Below, one piece after another: positions 25,243 to 38,612 of a stretch of 61,136 nt of DNA. The position numbers were made by a program, and so were the translations under genes. Source of the DNA: Phoronis australis (lineage: Eukaryota; Animalia; Phoronida); assembly GCA_002633005.1 (NCBI GenBank), contig NMRA01000834.1:8297-69432 (forward strand). The letters run 5' to 3'. Within the stretch, counting starts at the first letter, position 1. Each line of letters begins with the position of its first letter. Below the pieces are notes generated by a model. The model was not told the DNA's origin, did no database searches, and saw only the letters and a list, made by a program, of their open reading frames with translations.

Positions 25243-25266
25243 GATGTTGAAGAAAATTCAGGGCCT
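25243..25266 (+). other. 2A-like (StopGo ribosome-skipping) motif, variant DVEENSGP
   Basis: The 2A consensus is D(V/I)ExNPGP after a hydrophobic helix. Here it reads CLLLAG-DVEENSGP, one base (TCA vs CCA) from canonical, directly before the APE domain. Confidence 0.8.
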
Positions 25267-25975
25267 GAAGACAATACTACCTTTAAAATCTTATTTTCAA
25301 ACATTAACAGCATTAAATCCAACAATTTCTCAAGATTCCAACTTCAAAAAAACTTTGTTCTGTCTTACGATTATATGATTGTCGCTCTTTGTGAAACTTG
25401 TAATGTTACCAAAGACGACCTTGATAATGAACTAATCATTCCTGATTACAGTGTAGCCTATCACAGTAACAGTGGCCGTGGCATCATCTTATTCAATTAA
25501 GAAACACTCTCATTTAAATTATATAGTAGCTTAACTTGTCCTCAGTTAAGCAACTGCTGGATCGAAATTTATTTCGATTACAGAAAAATTTACTGTGGGT
25601 TATTTTATCGATCACCTTCTCAACCTCCAACTGAAAGAAAACTACTTCAAAGCCCTAGCCGATCAGTTAGCGGAACTTAACCGCAATAGCGTTAGTATAA
25701 TCTTAAAGGCGAAAGTAAACTGTTTTCATGTCATTTTTAGCAAAAATGGGGTTCGTTGATTATCCCAGACATATTTCTCACTTATTTACAGCTTTTCGTA
25801 ATTTAATTAATTAATTACTCGCCGTCTACTCCGAAAGTGACGTTTTGGGAGGCAAGAATTTTGCGCCAATTTCTTTTCATAGAGTCTGACTGTGAGAGCA
25901 GTCGAGTCAGTCATTGTTCTACCTCGGTGGTGATAAGTTTGGTCGTCGTTTGCTTTTATTTACGAGTCAGCCAAC

Positions 25976-26473
25976 ATGCCACGCTGTTGCTGCCTACCGA
26001 GATGTACTTATCGTCTCACGTACAGAGGAAGGACTGTCCCACTTGCTCGAGTGTACCGCGACACACTCCCAGTGGATGGTGACTTGAGCACCCAAACTGC
26101 TTACAAAGTCCCGCCGTGCGACTCCTTCGTCACACACGTGGCACCTTCTAAATATCTCCAATACAAATCCACAATAAACTTATCAAACTTTGGCTCAGCG
26201 ATCTGTTCATTGCATTACGAACTGTACTTTTCACTGGGTGTCGAACTGGGCCTGTATTCACTCCCACTACTCAACATCGCTGCAGGGCTGCTTACAGGCT
26301 CTGGGCTAGAGACAACAGCACACGGGGAATCACTGCAAGTTCCTGAAATTGAACGCTATGGAGTACGTTCGGAGGCATGGGTGACAGCAGATGAAGTGCA
26401 TTCAGTCACTGTTTATAGTGGCCACAGCTCGCGAGGCTTCTCACTTCAAAAACGCACTTCTCGGGGGTGGTGA
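25976..26473 (+). other. Convergent ORF starting with the same THAP N-terminus (encoded inside the left TIR)
   Basis: MPRCCCLPRCTYRLT mirrors MPRCCCVPGCTHYRLT on the opposite strand. The remainder is unrecognised and may not be coding. Confidence 0.4.
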
Positions 26474-26758
26474 CGGGGCACTGCCGGGAATCAGCAGCGA
26501 CGGTATGGAACCTTTCTTCAGGCGTTGTTTCACAGGGACCTTCATCAATTCAGCGTACATATCTATGTCGCAATCTGACGGCTGAAAACGCTTGCCACTG
26601 CTTTGTAAGTTGCGTGAGCGGGTAGCGCTGCGTTCTTCACACGAACGAGCTAGCCAAGTACGGCGAAGTGTGTCATCCTTTGGAAATCGATGCAAGGTAC
26701 CCAAAGCGCATGTGAGACGATAATGTGTACATCCTGGTACGCAGCAACAGCGTGGCAT
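26441..26758 (-). pseudogene. THAP zinc-finger domain ORF (degenerate) inside the Kolobok-like element
   Basis: MPRCCCVPGC..LHRFPKDDTLRRTW..(SGKRF where CS.HF is expected)..RLKKGSIPSL. The THAP C2CH signature is present but the third Cys and the His are lost. Confidence 0.8.
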
Positions 26759-29029
26759 GTTGACTGACTCGTAAACAAAAGCAAACGACGACCGAACTTA
26801 TCACATCCGAGGTAGAACAATGACTGACTTGACAGCTCTCTCAGTCTGACTGTATGAAAAGAAATTGGCGCGAAATTCTTGCCTCCCAAAACGTCACTTC
26901 CGGAGTAGAGGACGAGGAATTAATTAAATTACGAAAAGCTGTAATTAAGTGAAAAATATGTCTGGGATAATCAACAGACATTATTTGTTGCTAAAAGTGA
27001 CATGAAAAAAAGGTTACCTTCGCCTTTAAATGGTGATTTCAATGCCCGAAACTCTACATGGTACAATGATGATCATGACAATACGACCGGACTACAATTT
27101 TTGGATATCTTATTGTCTAATGACTGCATACAGCTAATTAATGAGCCAAACCGCATCACCGACGTTTCTCATTCATATATTAATCTCTGCATAACTAACA
27201 ATTTGAGTATCATTGACTTATGTTCTGTACTACCTCCTGTTGGCAATTCTGATCACCACACAATCGAAACCACTCTAACACCTAAAAAACCGGTTAAAGA
27301 ACAACACCTCACACGAACCAATTGGAAATATGATCAAATCGACACCGATAAATTACGTCAGGATATCACATACACTGACTGGGATTCCATATAGAACACT
27401 GGCGACATTGATGACAGTGTTTCACTCTTCACTAGTACTCTCTATGAAATTTTTAAAAACAACATCCCATCAACTGAAAAGATAATTAAACCCAACAGCC
27501 AACGGTGGTTCAGCAATAATGTTAAATGGGCAATCCGCACAAGAAACAGACTTTACAGCTCTTTCAGAAGATCTAACAACACTACAATTTACAACAGATA
27601 CAAGGAGCAGTCACGTCTGGTTGAAACTTTAGTAAATCAAGCCAAAGCTGATCACCGCCACAAGCTTTTTCAACAAATTAACAGCGCACGCAAGAACTCC
27701 AAAGAATACTGGAACATCATCAATAAAATACGTGGCAGTCAACAACAATCCTCTTATCCTGTCATCAACCATAACGGTAACCTAGCCTCAAGTAGCAGTG
27801 ACAAGTGTGACCCGTTTCTCAAATTTTTCACGAACAAAAGCCACATTACACCAACTGAAGTAGGTAACTTTCCCTTTCTTCGTGAACGTTGTCCCAATCA
27901 ACTGTCTGACATCCCGGCTAATCAAACTGATGTCCGGAAGTATCTCAATGAAATTTACCCCAATAAGAATGATGACACAGCTTTATAACCAGCAAGATGA
28001 TCAAAATGATTGCCAATAACGTTAGCATGCCCCTGACCAATCTGTTTAACAAACTTCGTCAGCTAGGTACATATCCGTCTTCTTTGAAACATGGAATTAT
28101 TGTCGCTATACACAAAAAACTCTCCAAAACTGAAGTTTTAAATTATTGCCCAATAATTTTAATTAACACCCTGTCCAAAATCTTCGAGATCATTGCTCAA
28201 AGTACTCTTACATTTCTCAAACAAAACAACTTGATCTATCATCGTCAATTTGGTGTTTTGCGTGGGAACAGCACCGTGGCACAACCTGTTGAAGTAGTAC
28301 ATGAGATTCATTCACAATTTGAGAAGGGCGAGAGTGTCAGGTCTATTTTTCTGCTTTCGACTGTGTCCCTCACGACTTTCTACTTCACAAACTTCGATCC
28401 TATGGCATTACTGGTAATCTTTTAAACATGATCACCTCATATCTCTCCGAAAGAACATACAGTGTTCGTGTCGACGGAGTACTTTCAACTTTATCCCCTC
28501 CTGGATTTGTAAACGCAGGTGTACCGCAGGGTAGCGTATTGGGCCCTCTTCTCTTCTTGGTTTATATTAATGACCTTCCTGATAACCTGTCATGTAGCAA
28601 ATACCTTTACGCAGATGACACGGCACTTTTTTACCCCTTTGCAGGGAGCAGCCCTGAATGTTCTTTGCACCTTCAACACGACTTAAACTCAGCTATTGGT
28701 CACAAGAATGGAGAATGAATTTTAAACCAGAAAAAGTCTCACCTTCTCCAAATATGTTAATGCTCTCTTCCTTGTTGACCCGTCTTATGACCTTAAATTA
28801 ACGATGAAATCATTCCTAGAAAACAGTCCCACAGACATCTGGCTATACTGTTAGATGAAAAACTCTCATTCACCCCTCATGTTCGGGAGCTCGTACAAAA
28901 AACTCAGGAACTAATTAACCCACTTAAGCTTGTCTCTCGTCATCTGAATTCTACACATTTAGAAATTTTGTTCAAATCCTTTATACTTCCACACATCAAT
29001 TATTGTGATATTATATATCAGTCAGAAGT

Positions 29030-29680
29030 AAAATGCACCTAATGACCCCATGGGTGCACCAATTGACCTGAAAACTTAGAATTCATACGCAATCGCGTTT
29101 ATTAAACACATTTATAATTTTGAAGTCTTTATCTCAAAATTTTAGTTTGCACTCAATGACCTTTGACCTCTTTCTGATTAGTTAGGCCTATTGCGTAGTA
29201 AAGTATGGTGTTCGATTGGCATGTTGGCTTACATCAGCGTGCTGAAAGTGAAAACAATTTCTTGAAAAATGTAGGAGATATGGCATTTTGAACGTTAGAT
29301 GACCTTTGAACTAATTGATCCTATCCGGTGCATTATAAGAATCTTTAGGAGAATTACTGCAAAGCATTTGTTAAGTGTGTTTAATGCTGAGAATGACAGT
29401 CTAACTGTTGACACATCACATAAGAATAAGAATAAAATTGAAGAAAACCCATTAACAACAGTACTTTGCGCTTGCACGCACAGAGTAATAATAAGAATAA
29501 CACGATAAAATACGTAGAACGGTAAAACTCTGCGCTTGCACGCGCTGACTAATAAGAAGATAAAATACGTAGAACAGCAAAACTCTGCGCTTGCACGTGC
29601 AGAGTAATGATAATATGAATAATAAGAAGATAAAATACGTAGGACAGTAAAACTCTGCGCTTGAACGCGCAGAGTAAAAA
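29030..29680 (-). mobile_element. Second HINE-like family fragment with a tandemly repeated terminal hairpin
   Basis: Four copies of the hairpin actctgcgc-ttgcac-gcgcagagt followed by A-rich sequence (about 29461, 29525, 29580, 29650), plus gacctttgacct motifs. It abuts the truncated LINE end. Confidence 0.55.
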
Positions 29681-32099
29681 GTATATTTGATCTGATTAAT
29701 GGTTCAGTGCGATAATACCGCTATACGTCACCTTTATACCTATAATAAAGCAGGTTTTTCTCAGTTGACCAATTGATCAAATACATCCGATCGTGAGTGA
29801 AAAATGAATGCATGATTTATTGTGCAAGGGTGTCAAAATGTTACACTGTGGATATTCGACAATTTGTGTTTAACGTTTCTTGACACCAAAATTCATTTAA
29901 TGATTTGGAAGACCGGCTTTTACCTGCATTAAGTGTATGACTGTAATGACCTTTTACTTAAAAAGTTGACGCGGTTATAGATGTGCCTGCCACCGTCAAA
30001 TACAGTTGACTGGACCGCTTTCGAGTTAAAATTTGCATCAAGTTGTTCTCATATTACGGAAAATAAACAACGACTTTTTAATGCAACGCCCCTAATTTAA
30101 GGACTCGGTCATCACATGTGTTCATTTCTACTGAAATAGGAGCTCGGTTTCAGATATTAATTGAAAATGTCACAACTAAACGAGGAACTCGCAATAAAGA
30201 TAAAGTGACATAAAATATAACACCAGTGAGTGAACAAATTCCATAAATACACTGAAAATTTAGTGGAATCAATACAGTTGAGTCCATATTGGAATTGTGT
30301 CATAGAACAGGTCACAGATCTGATTGAGCAATAACAAAGTGTCAGTTTTATCCAAGCCAATAAATTATATCTAACCTGAGTATGTAACCAATTATAACCA
30401 GGTGTGTGTGAAGTAGACGTGAGAAACTCGCGAAAACGCAAGAGTTATGTTTTCAAATACTTATTACAAAAATATGAGCATGTGTACAATAACTTGACTT
30501 ATACCCAGAAATCACTAGAAAAAGAGAGCTTGTTGAAGTCTTGCAGAACTGCCCACACACCCACTGTACGTGGAAATATCTATGTCAAATGATAAGGCCA
30601 AAAACGAAGGGCAAACTTGTTTTCACCTTAACGCTCTCATGTTAGATGCTTGTCTATCAATATCAAGATTGATGACTACTCAGTTAATTAAATTTAGTAA
30701 TTTTATTACCTGAATTTAATCTTAAACTGACAGTAAGTGTGATTAACTGAATGTCGTGTCATCGTCCAACCAAACTCATCCCAAAAGATAAATGATTTAA
30801 AGTTTGGAAATATTAAGTTTTGGCAACTTATTGATTGAAATAATGATATATTGGACTACGTCATCTCATGCCAATCATGAGTGAGTGACATATTTAGACG
30901 ACGCAACTGTTGCCTATGATGGCTTGACCAGTGAGACCTGAATGCCAACTCCAGAGCGTGACCAATACATTCTGGTTAGAGCGTGCAACCTCGAGATTTC
31001 ACGGCACTGGCCGCGAGAGTTTGCATTATGGATTTCCAGATAAGTGTTGACAAGGTGTTGTAGTTATGAAATCAAGCCTAATTTCATTCCTTCCATTTTT
31101 ACCTTTTTGTCATTTTGCGCTGAGAAAAAAGTATTAGGTAAACATTTACTTAATTTAGAAGCTGAATGAAAATCTGCACTTTCGATGTTCAAGCTGCATG
31201 TTAGGACAATTCTAGGTGTAAAATCATGTTTCAGAGTCTCACTGAAATATAAGTGATATTTGGATTCTAAGTGTTTTTTGCAAGTACAAATGAATTACTA
31301 ACAGAAGTATTTACGTTATTTAAGAGACAAAATACTCATTGCGTAGCTGATAGTGTGTGTGAATGCATTATTATTGTTTAGGATTTTTTCTATAATAATT
31401 TATTTGCGCAGTATTTATTTCTTGCACAGCTATAATGTTCGTTTTGTTCATTTTACTGCGCTCATTTCAACCTTGGGTTTTTGCACATACTCAGATGATT
31501 CGCTTTTTTTCCGTATGTCCCGCTTTTCAATCCAGTTGTCCCGTTTTTTCATTCGCGAATCTTTACAGTTATGCAACATGTGTTCCAAATAACAGTGCCC
31601 CTTTTTGTTATGAAAGTTGTTGTTCATCAGAGGCCAATGTCTTTAGCAACATAAAATTGTAAAAGGGTGTTCCAGTGTCTCTAGTTTACGGTGACACACA
31701 TACATATATTAGTATCACTAATTTTTACTTTGTGAAGGAATGAGTGTGTTCCTAAAACCAATGTAATAAGCTATTCTCAGTACATTTCAAAGCTACGCAT
31801 TAGATATTTGTCCATTATTTTCTAACAGAAAACCCTTATCCGCAAAATTAGTTGGAGTAATTTGTTTATCAGATTTGTGTAAATGTCATTGCATCCTGAA
31901 TTTTTACTGAAGAATGCAGTTACGCGTAACGGCAACAAAGGTCCAATTAACACATAAAGATGTATGATTTTGGATGAATGTTTGATATGTTTTTTTCACA
32001 GCAACTGTGAGGTATCCATATTCTAAAAGCTTTGACGTTACCCGGTAACAATGTTTTGAATCGTGGAAACTGTTGGTTTAATTAGTCATTTATTAATGT

Positions 32100-33520
32100 C
32101 TACCTCTCTAGCTCATTTCCTTTTCATGTTACTATTACACACTAAATTAATCGACATTACAAGTTGACTGAGTAGTTGATGAATTAGCCAATTGGTAGTT
32201 TAAAGGTTTCACTACAACATATATTTTTTGCATTTTAGTAACACTTGTGGTTTTTTAGAAATAAAAAAGGTATTTGCTTTTGGGATAATCATACATCAAG
32301 AACAGATCATGATGAACTTTCTAATGGCATGACTGTCATGCAATCTGGGTGAATTGCGAAAAGTTTAAGTGATAGTGAAGAAGGTGATAGTTTTCACAGT
32401 TGGCCTTTGGCTAGTGTTAAAATATATTTTTATCATGTGTCCTAGGTAAATGATCTTGGTATCGTATTAGGTGATGACTGATCATGTAGATATAATTCTA
32501 AGGAAATTATAAGCTTTCGAAAATATTACAATACGTCTAGATGACTTTTCCTTACGCCTACCAGTTTTGGAGCGGTAGTGCCCAAGGCCGAATTTCCGAA
32601 TCGCTGAATCGTGAGCAAATAACCCTTCTTTTCACAACGTTTGGAGCCATTAGACTGAAAAAATTCCAACAATATAGATGGAACTTGCTTGGAAAATTTG
32701 CTGATAGCAGTTCTAAGCTTACTTTGTTTTTTCTAAACAATAATTCCACCATAAGCTCCATATTCTTTAGCAGGAAACAACACCGGAACAATCGAACTCA
32801 AATTCAGCCGCGCGTTATCAAAGTTGGCATTCCATGCCTGGAAGTCAATGAATTTACTTATATCTCCCCTTCTTTGATGATATGTAGAAGATCTGGGCCA
32901 CCAATAATCAAGGTAAACAGTGCAAATTCAAACAATCTTCTCCAGGATCATTTCTTTAACAACGTTTCCCACAACACCCAGCACTTCCACAAGAACTATT
33001 TTCTTTTAATGTTTATTTTAAGACAATAGTTTAAGGTTGACATTTAAACGCGTAATACATGAACAGTGAATCCGTTGAAATTATTACCCGAAGCGTTTAG
33101 GGTGGAAACGTATCTCCGCCTTCCCTCATGCTCTCCTGTGCTAAGCCTAAAACACAACCTTTCGAGAATAATCTGATGAACTTCTGTTTCGGTAAAAAAC
33201 TGCAAACCACTTGTTTTTACTGATAAGATGAAGATAATTAAATATACAAACGCTTGGCTTAAACGCTTTTGACTATAGTTTTACTATTTTTAAACATTTT
33301 TTCAATAACTCAGAAATTTTTTCAGTGTTCGACTAGATGTTAATTATTTACGCTGGCGTTGACAGACTCGGATAAGCGTATTACTTCTAAAATAGACTTA
33401 AATACTTAATCGCCTTTGTTAAAAACACAGAACAATTAGGAATTTTCTAATGAATTATTTCCAATAAAATTGCCTTGCGAAATTATCATAAGTTACTCAG
33501 TCACTTTTAAAACCGTATTT
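32100..33520 (-). mobile_element. Possible ancient DNA transposon remnant
   Basis: A short inverted match (gactgagtagttgatgaatt at ~32166 vs aattatcataagttactcagtc at ~33481) flanks decayed coding-like sequence. The family cannot be assigned. Confidence 0.2.
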
Positions 33521-35704
33521 TTATTGTGGAATTTAAAAACCCATGGAGGCGTGGAATAAGTACACTTAACTTGACAAATTTTGATATTGACATAGAAATC
33601 TTGTGATTTTTACGACCAGAAATTCTCTGTCTCTGTTTTCTGCGAGTTAGTGGTGAGGTATTTTTTCATGAAATTTTGCAAGTTGGTATCTAGTAATAAG
33701 ATTGAGAACGCGTAGCCGCCTTCCTGTTTTCGGATGGATTGCCGGAGTTTATTTTTCGCGTCTGTCTTTCTATCTTTCAAGTCATGCTAACGATCATTAT
33801 GAAAATTGGGATATGTGTTCCTGCATAGAAATGCATGACTTACAATGATTTTTAAATGGGTATGACTGCTGTAGCGCCCCCGTGTGGCAATTATGTTTTT
33901 GCCTGCGGCTCAATAGATGTTCCTTGATGGACCTTTATGGCATTTGGTATGTGCTTCTAATGAGAAAAGTACAAATCCGTCTGTGTCGGAGGTGCCCATT
34001 GGCATTTTTGCACGGGGTTTGATATCAACCAAGTTCCTTCCTGGATGCTCATGAAATTCGACATATAAGTAACAGCCATGTAGACAACAGCGCCAGTCAT
34101 GTTTAAAATGAATTTGACCTATGTTGCGCCCCGAGTGGCCTTTCTTTGGTTTTGTTTTACTGTCCTTTGTTGCCTAACATTCTATCCTTCAGACTTCTTG
34201 AAAAATCATGATCGAAGGTGACACGCGTGTTCCTATTGAAGAAAGTATTTCTGACTTGCTTTGTACCCCCAAGAGGCTGTTACTAAGTTTACTAGCATTG
34301 TTCCATGTAGTGGAATGTTTAAAGTAATAACTAGCTCTATTATTTGCGCTGTATGTAATGCATACGGTTCGTGCATGTAAACACTCCGCGTTGATCGAAT
34401 TATTGGAGCAAATAAAACAATAATAATAATATATACATTTTAAATTGTATTTGGAATTTCAGGGTCACAGCTCTACAAATAAGTATTTCACAGAAAGAAC
34501 CAGATGGGTTTCTTAATTACAAGAGATAACACACACAATTCCGCTACCCAAAGTGTAATTGAGTATCGGATACTAAGTGGTACAGTACATAATACCAAAT
34601 GGGTATTGGCAGATTGCCTATCAACTGGGTCGAGCAAAACGCAAATTCAATAACAAGTACCAAGTGAGTACAAACTGCCAAATGGGCAAATATCATATAA
34701 AGTACCAAGTGGGTACACCAAACAGGGCTATAACAACTTGAAAAGCAGGTTCTGGACAAGCTGAATGAGCAAACCAGCCGGAGTGATAAAAAGAGATATT
34801 GTAAGGAACGTGGTGTTGTGGCTCAGTATGTGCCACATGGGCAGGGTTGTTCATATTTTTGTCATTGATCAGTTTAGTAAGTGTAACGCAAGTACCATCC
34901 AAATCACAAACTCGTTCGTCAAATTTTTTCTAGTGTGGAGATTTCCAGATGTATTGCAAAATAATTGCGTTCAGGTTGAACGGTTTTATACGGTACAAAC
35001 TAATTTTGAATATTTTACGTTTCATTCAAAAGTGTCCTTGAAAGCGCGTTATGGTGAATTCAATTTAGCTATTAGCCTCGTTCTTCAGCCTCCAGCACTC
35101 AAACGGCTTTGTGCAAGCCGAAAATCAAGCTATTCAATGTATTCGTGTTCGTATTTGGAAAGTCATTTGAATTATAATCGCACAGTCAGGTTATAAAGTC
35201 GGTCATCAACATGGAAGTAAACCTATAAGAGAATTATAGTGATAAGGGGACCAATTTGTGTAATTGTTAGGAGGGCCAGCCTTCGTTGTTAAGTTACCCT
35301 ACGTCATGTCTATGAACAGTCATGAGCCAGAATAAATCGGAACAGTCTAGTCTCCGCCATGGTACTAGCTTTTAGTTACAATGAAAAATATTATAATAAC
35401 TTCAATAAAGGAAAAGTAATAGTAACGGTAATGGTAAGAAAATAATACATATACTAGTAATAAAACGCAAGAAAAATACAATTGAATATTAAAGTTCTAA
35501 TAACAGCCACTGTTTAATTAATTTTGTAGCGTACCTACGCCATTCTTTCTACTGAACGCACATGTTGACTGGTACCTTTAAATCCGATTAAAATCTTTTG
35601 TCTTGGTGATTATAAGAAGTGTTTGTAAAAGTACAAGCTGTGAATTTTAATTCTGCCACGAGAAGGCGGATGTGTTTAATGAAAGTTGTACCGTGTGGTC
35701 ATTA

Positions 35705-35978
35705 CATGGGCGGTGTTTATCCAATAAAAACACGGTTGCAACACCGCCATCCTGAAACTTCACTACAGATAACAGACGAAGCTCTACGGTAAGCAAAATA
35801 GTTGGCATCACGTCATCTCTAACATAGTGCGCCTGGGCCTGTTTCTAAACTATAATGTTATAACTTTTACGACGTTTTTTCCCCAAAGTTTGAACAGATA
35901 CCAACGAGCAGTGGTAGGCATATGCATACGTGTACGTCTCTATTCAATTCAGACTCGGTGTGTAAAAAATTCTTAAAG
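35705..35978 (+). promoter_or_regulatory. Candidate promoter and 5' UTR exons for the secreted-protein gene
   Basis: GGGCGG and CCAAT motifs at about 35708-35726, followed by two strong donors (ctacg|gtaagc at ~35788 and ttaaag|gtaagg at ~35978). The coding exon at 38613 needs an upstream exon. Confidence 0.3.
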
Positions 35979-36523
35979 GTAAGGCATTTTTGTAAAACCT
36001 CAGAAGCACGCCAAAACCTAACCTAATTGGGGACATAGCAATGTTAATAAGAATCCCATAAATGACCAGTGGGATTCAAACGAAATTTTGAGTTCCTGTG
36101 CTTAAGAGAACAGAGAACGGTGCTATTGTTAGAAATTCGTCTTTGCGTTAATTGCTATCGAAAATTGAAACAGATTTTTCCGAATATTTTCACAAAAAGA
36201 AAAATGGTCGCGTATATTATATCGTCCCTTTGCCAACTACAAGAGTATACTGCTAAGGATCCAGGATTTTATCCATAGGAATTCTACAAGGGACAACAAT
36301 GACATGCTTCCGTGGCTAACCAGCAATGTATGTAAATTTGGTACAAAATCCAAACTTAAAACATACCGATGTCATTCTTTCAGAAAATACATGCTTTTAG
36401 GGAATTTAGTTTTATTGTTACATACATGTTAGATCATTCTGAAGTACAATTTGCCGGTATAAAGGCACGTAGTGATGTTTACAAATAATGCCTTTATCTT
36501 GAATTCACACTAGAGTAGAAACC

Positions 36524-36980
36524 TGTCACGTTGTTCCTCAGGGAAGGGTGGGCAAACAGGTCGGCCCTGACCTGTGTAGCTTTCGGTGCGATGCTAGACT
36601 GAAGACCGGTTCGAGTTCAATCAATTATCAATCTCGACCGAATGCACACAAATCTAATCCAAGCAAAATGCCTGACGCAATGTATGTTCTATTGCAACAG
36701 CCAGTGCTGACTCTGTAACTGCTAATTCTGCAGCCGACTCTCGCTAATTGATGTTCGATTTTTCACCAATTCAAGCACAATGTGTAATTCTAAAATATCC
36801 ATCAATCTTACCTAGTCATTCTACAAACGTTCCAGACCATGACCACTAATATTCTGGAAATTACTAGCATGTTCTCGAGTATTCTATTGTAAACAATTTC
36901 ATAACCATTGGCCTAACACAATAGGCCATGTCAATCAACCACTATTTCAAATCAGTATCAGATTACTTCTGTACATGAGA
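36524..36980. mobile_element. Older, shorter solo LTR related to 20569-21319
   Basis: Starts tgtcacgtt and shares gggtgggc, tagctttcggtgc, gactgaagac.ggttcga, ccagtgctg and catg.caatcaa blocks in the same order. The right end is degenerate. Confidence 0.65.
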
Positions 36981-37959
36981 AACGTAAAATTTCTGAAAAC
37001 TAGCTTGGATTTCTAGTTCGAGTACCAAGATAAGACTTCAAGTCATAAAAAGGTGACTGTATCTCAGCTGCGCTCAAGGAAAACAAAAGTACCCCATATA
37101 TGTGTGAATACGGTAATGGAATACGCCATAACATAAGGGAAATGAAAGCCAATCCGTATTTCATGGTTGAACCGTAGTCCTCGTGCGATTGGTGTACGGT
37201 TTCAGTAGAATAACGTCCCGTGTACGACTGCAACTTTGATTAGTATCATTCTTCTGGGCTACCTGAAACATTCATTCATGCCGTCATTCCTAGAAAACAG
37301 TTTTATTGCTCTAAAAACTATAAACTTTTAGCAAAGATTTACTGACAAAAATTGAGAAGCACGGTGATCAGGCCACTAATTTAATCTGGGTCCTCAGAAG
37401 GATTCTATGTCAATTGCCTACGTGACGTAATCTACAAAATCGGGCAAAAATCTAATTCAAATAAAATGAAAACGTTTTACTATGAACCCATACAGTACTA
37501 TTACGCGGGGAACTATGATATCTACCTAATATGTAGTATGTATATTTCACTGACACAATCTTCCGCTCGCGACGTTCCTGGATTCTCCCTCCTATTGCAA
37601 CAGCCCCCAGCCCAAGTTCCGGGAATAAGCAACCTCACCTAATATACTTTCCATCGTTATTTTTCGGAGGAAGTGTTTCTCTCATTATTTCTATTCTAGA
37701 AGATGAAAAACCCGAAAAATATGCCTAGAAATTCATGAAGCTAACTTAAAACAACAAACCACTAGACAACTGTTTAGTAAATTTGTTTCAATTTTGATAT
37801 TCCTGGGTGGATTGCATCTTACGTGTTTCTTCCGAATTTCAGTGTTATTGAATGGTTCATTGTTTTAACATTGGTCTCCCAGGTGAAAATTCTGGATAGC
37901 ATATGGCAGTAGCATTTCTTTGTACTTGGGATAACTTTTAGTGAAATCACATTATCATG

Positions 37960-38525
37960 GCCCACATTTGCTATTGTCACGGTTATGCACTGCATTTGAT
38001 GTCATGACAGCGTTTTCTCGTTCAGTGACTTTACCAGACGTAGGAGCGTGTGAACACATCTAGTTTCTTTGTTAACTGCCGAGCACACTCGTTTGTCTTT
38101 TATGACAACAAGCAGGCCAATTATCTACCAGGCTTATTAAAGACCACGTGTGAACACAATCAAACTCAGAGCGGAAGGAATAGATTGTCGTAACTTCGGT
38201 TGCAATTGGGCGATTTTGGCGATTCAAAACCTAAACATGATCACCATTTGACGAAGATTTCAGAAATGTTATTAATTTATGTTCAAAAATGTAATAATTT
38301 AACTTGTATTTTTAACAGCACAGTCCAGTCAGGGTAGATACGATCTTATTGGAGATTAGAGCCATTATCGAACAAAACAGAGCTGGCCCTCCAACCTTCA
38401 ATTCCAGAATGGAGTTAATCAGTCGTGTAAGATATTGGTTACGGGGGTAAACTTAACTTGTCGTTGGGCTATAGAATCAAACAAGTTGGGAGCAACGGGA
38501 AAACGCCGTGATGTCATGCAAAAAC
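37960..38525 (+). repeat. ~560-bp dispersed repeat; inverted copy at about 54890-55500
   Basis: Collinear shared blocks such as caagcaggccaattatct, ttgggcgattttgg, tatcgaacaaaa, gtcgtgtaagatattgg, ttgggctatagaatc and aagttgggagcaacggg. Confidence 0.8.
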
Positions 38526-38612
38526 GAAACTTGACCAGTGGACAGTTTTTAAAGTTTTATGCACCAAGTGCTGCCTAAAAGTCTTAACTCATGGGTTGCT
38601 TTTCAATTTCAG

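Larger units (their letters stand above)
25707..27025. mobile_element. Non-autonomous Kolobok-like DNA transposon (1319 bp) with ~310-bp TIRs and a TTAA target duplication
   Basis: Ends read TTAA|AGGCGAAAGTAAAC ... GGTTACCTTCGCCT|TTAA. Imperfect TIRs span about 25707-26020 and 26712-27025. Removing the element and one TTAA restores the LINE codons ATC TTA AAT GGT GAT TTC AAT (ILNGDFN). Confidence 0.88.
24931..29025 (+). mobile_element. CR1/L2-type non-LTR retrotransposon ORF2 remnant (2A-like motif, APE endonuclease, RT), interrupted by a DNA transposon and truncated at the 3' end
   Basis: LLLAGDVEENSGP; APE motifs FSNINSI, IVALCET, GRGI, YRSP, GDFNA and SDH; RT motifs QFG..G.ST, GVPQGSVLGPLLFLVYINDLP and LYADDT; ends around PHINYCD. 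Many frameshifts. The 5' boundary is uncertain. Confidence 0.92.

Noticed and set aside
32541-35196. 162-aa and 143-aa plus-strand ORFs
   Set aside because: No recognisable motifs or splice support; probably chance frames in decayed repeat DNA.
38559-38612. N-terminal 18 aa of the 256-aa ORF
   Set aside because: This stretch is a pyrimidine tract and acceptor (ttttcaatttcag). The ATG at 38613 puts the hydrophobic signal near the N-terminus.
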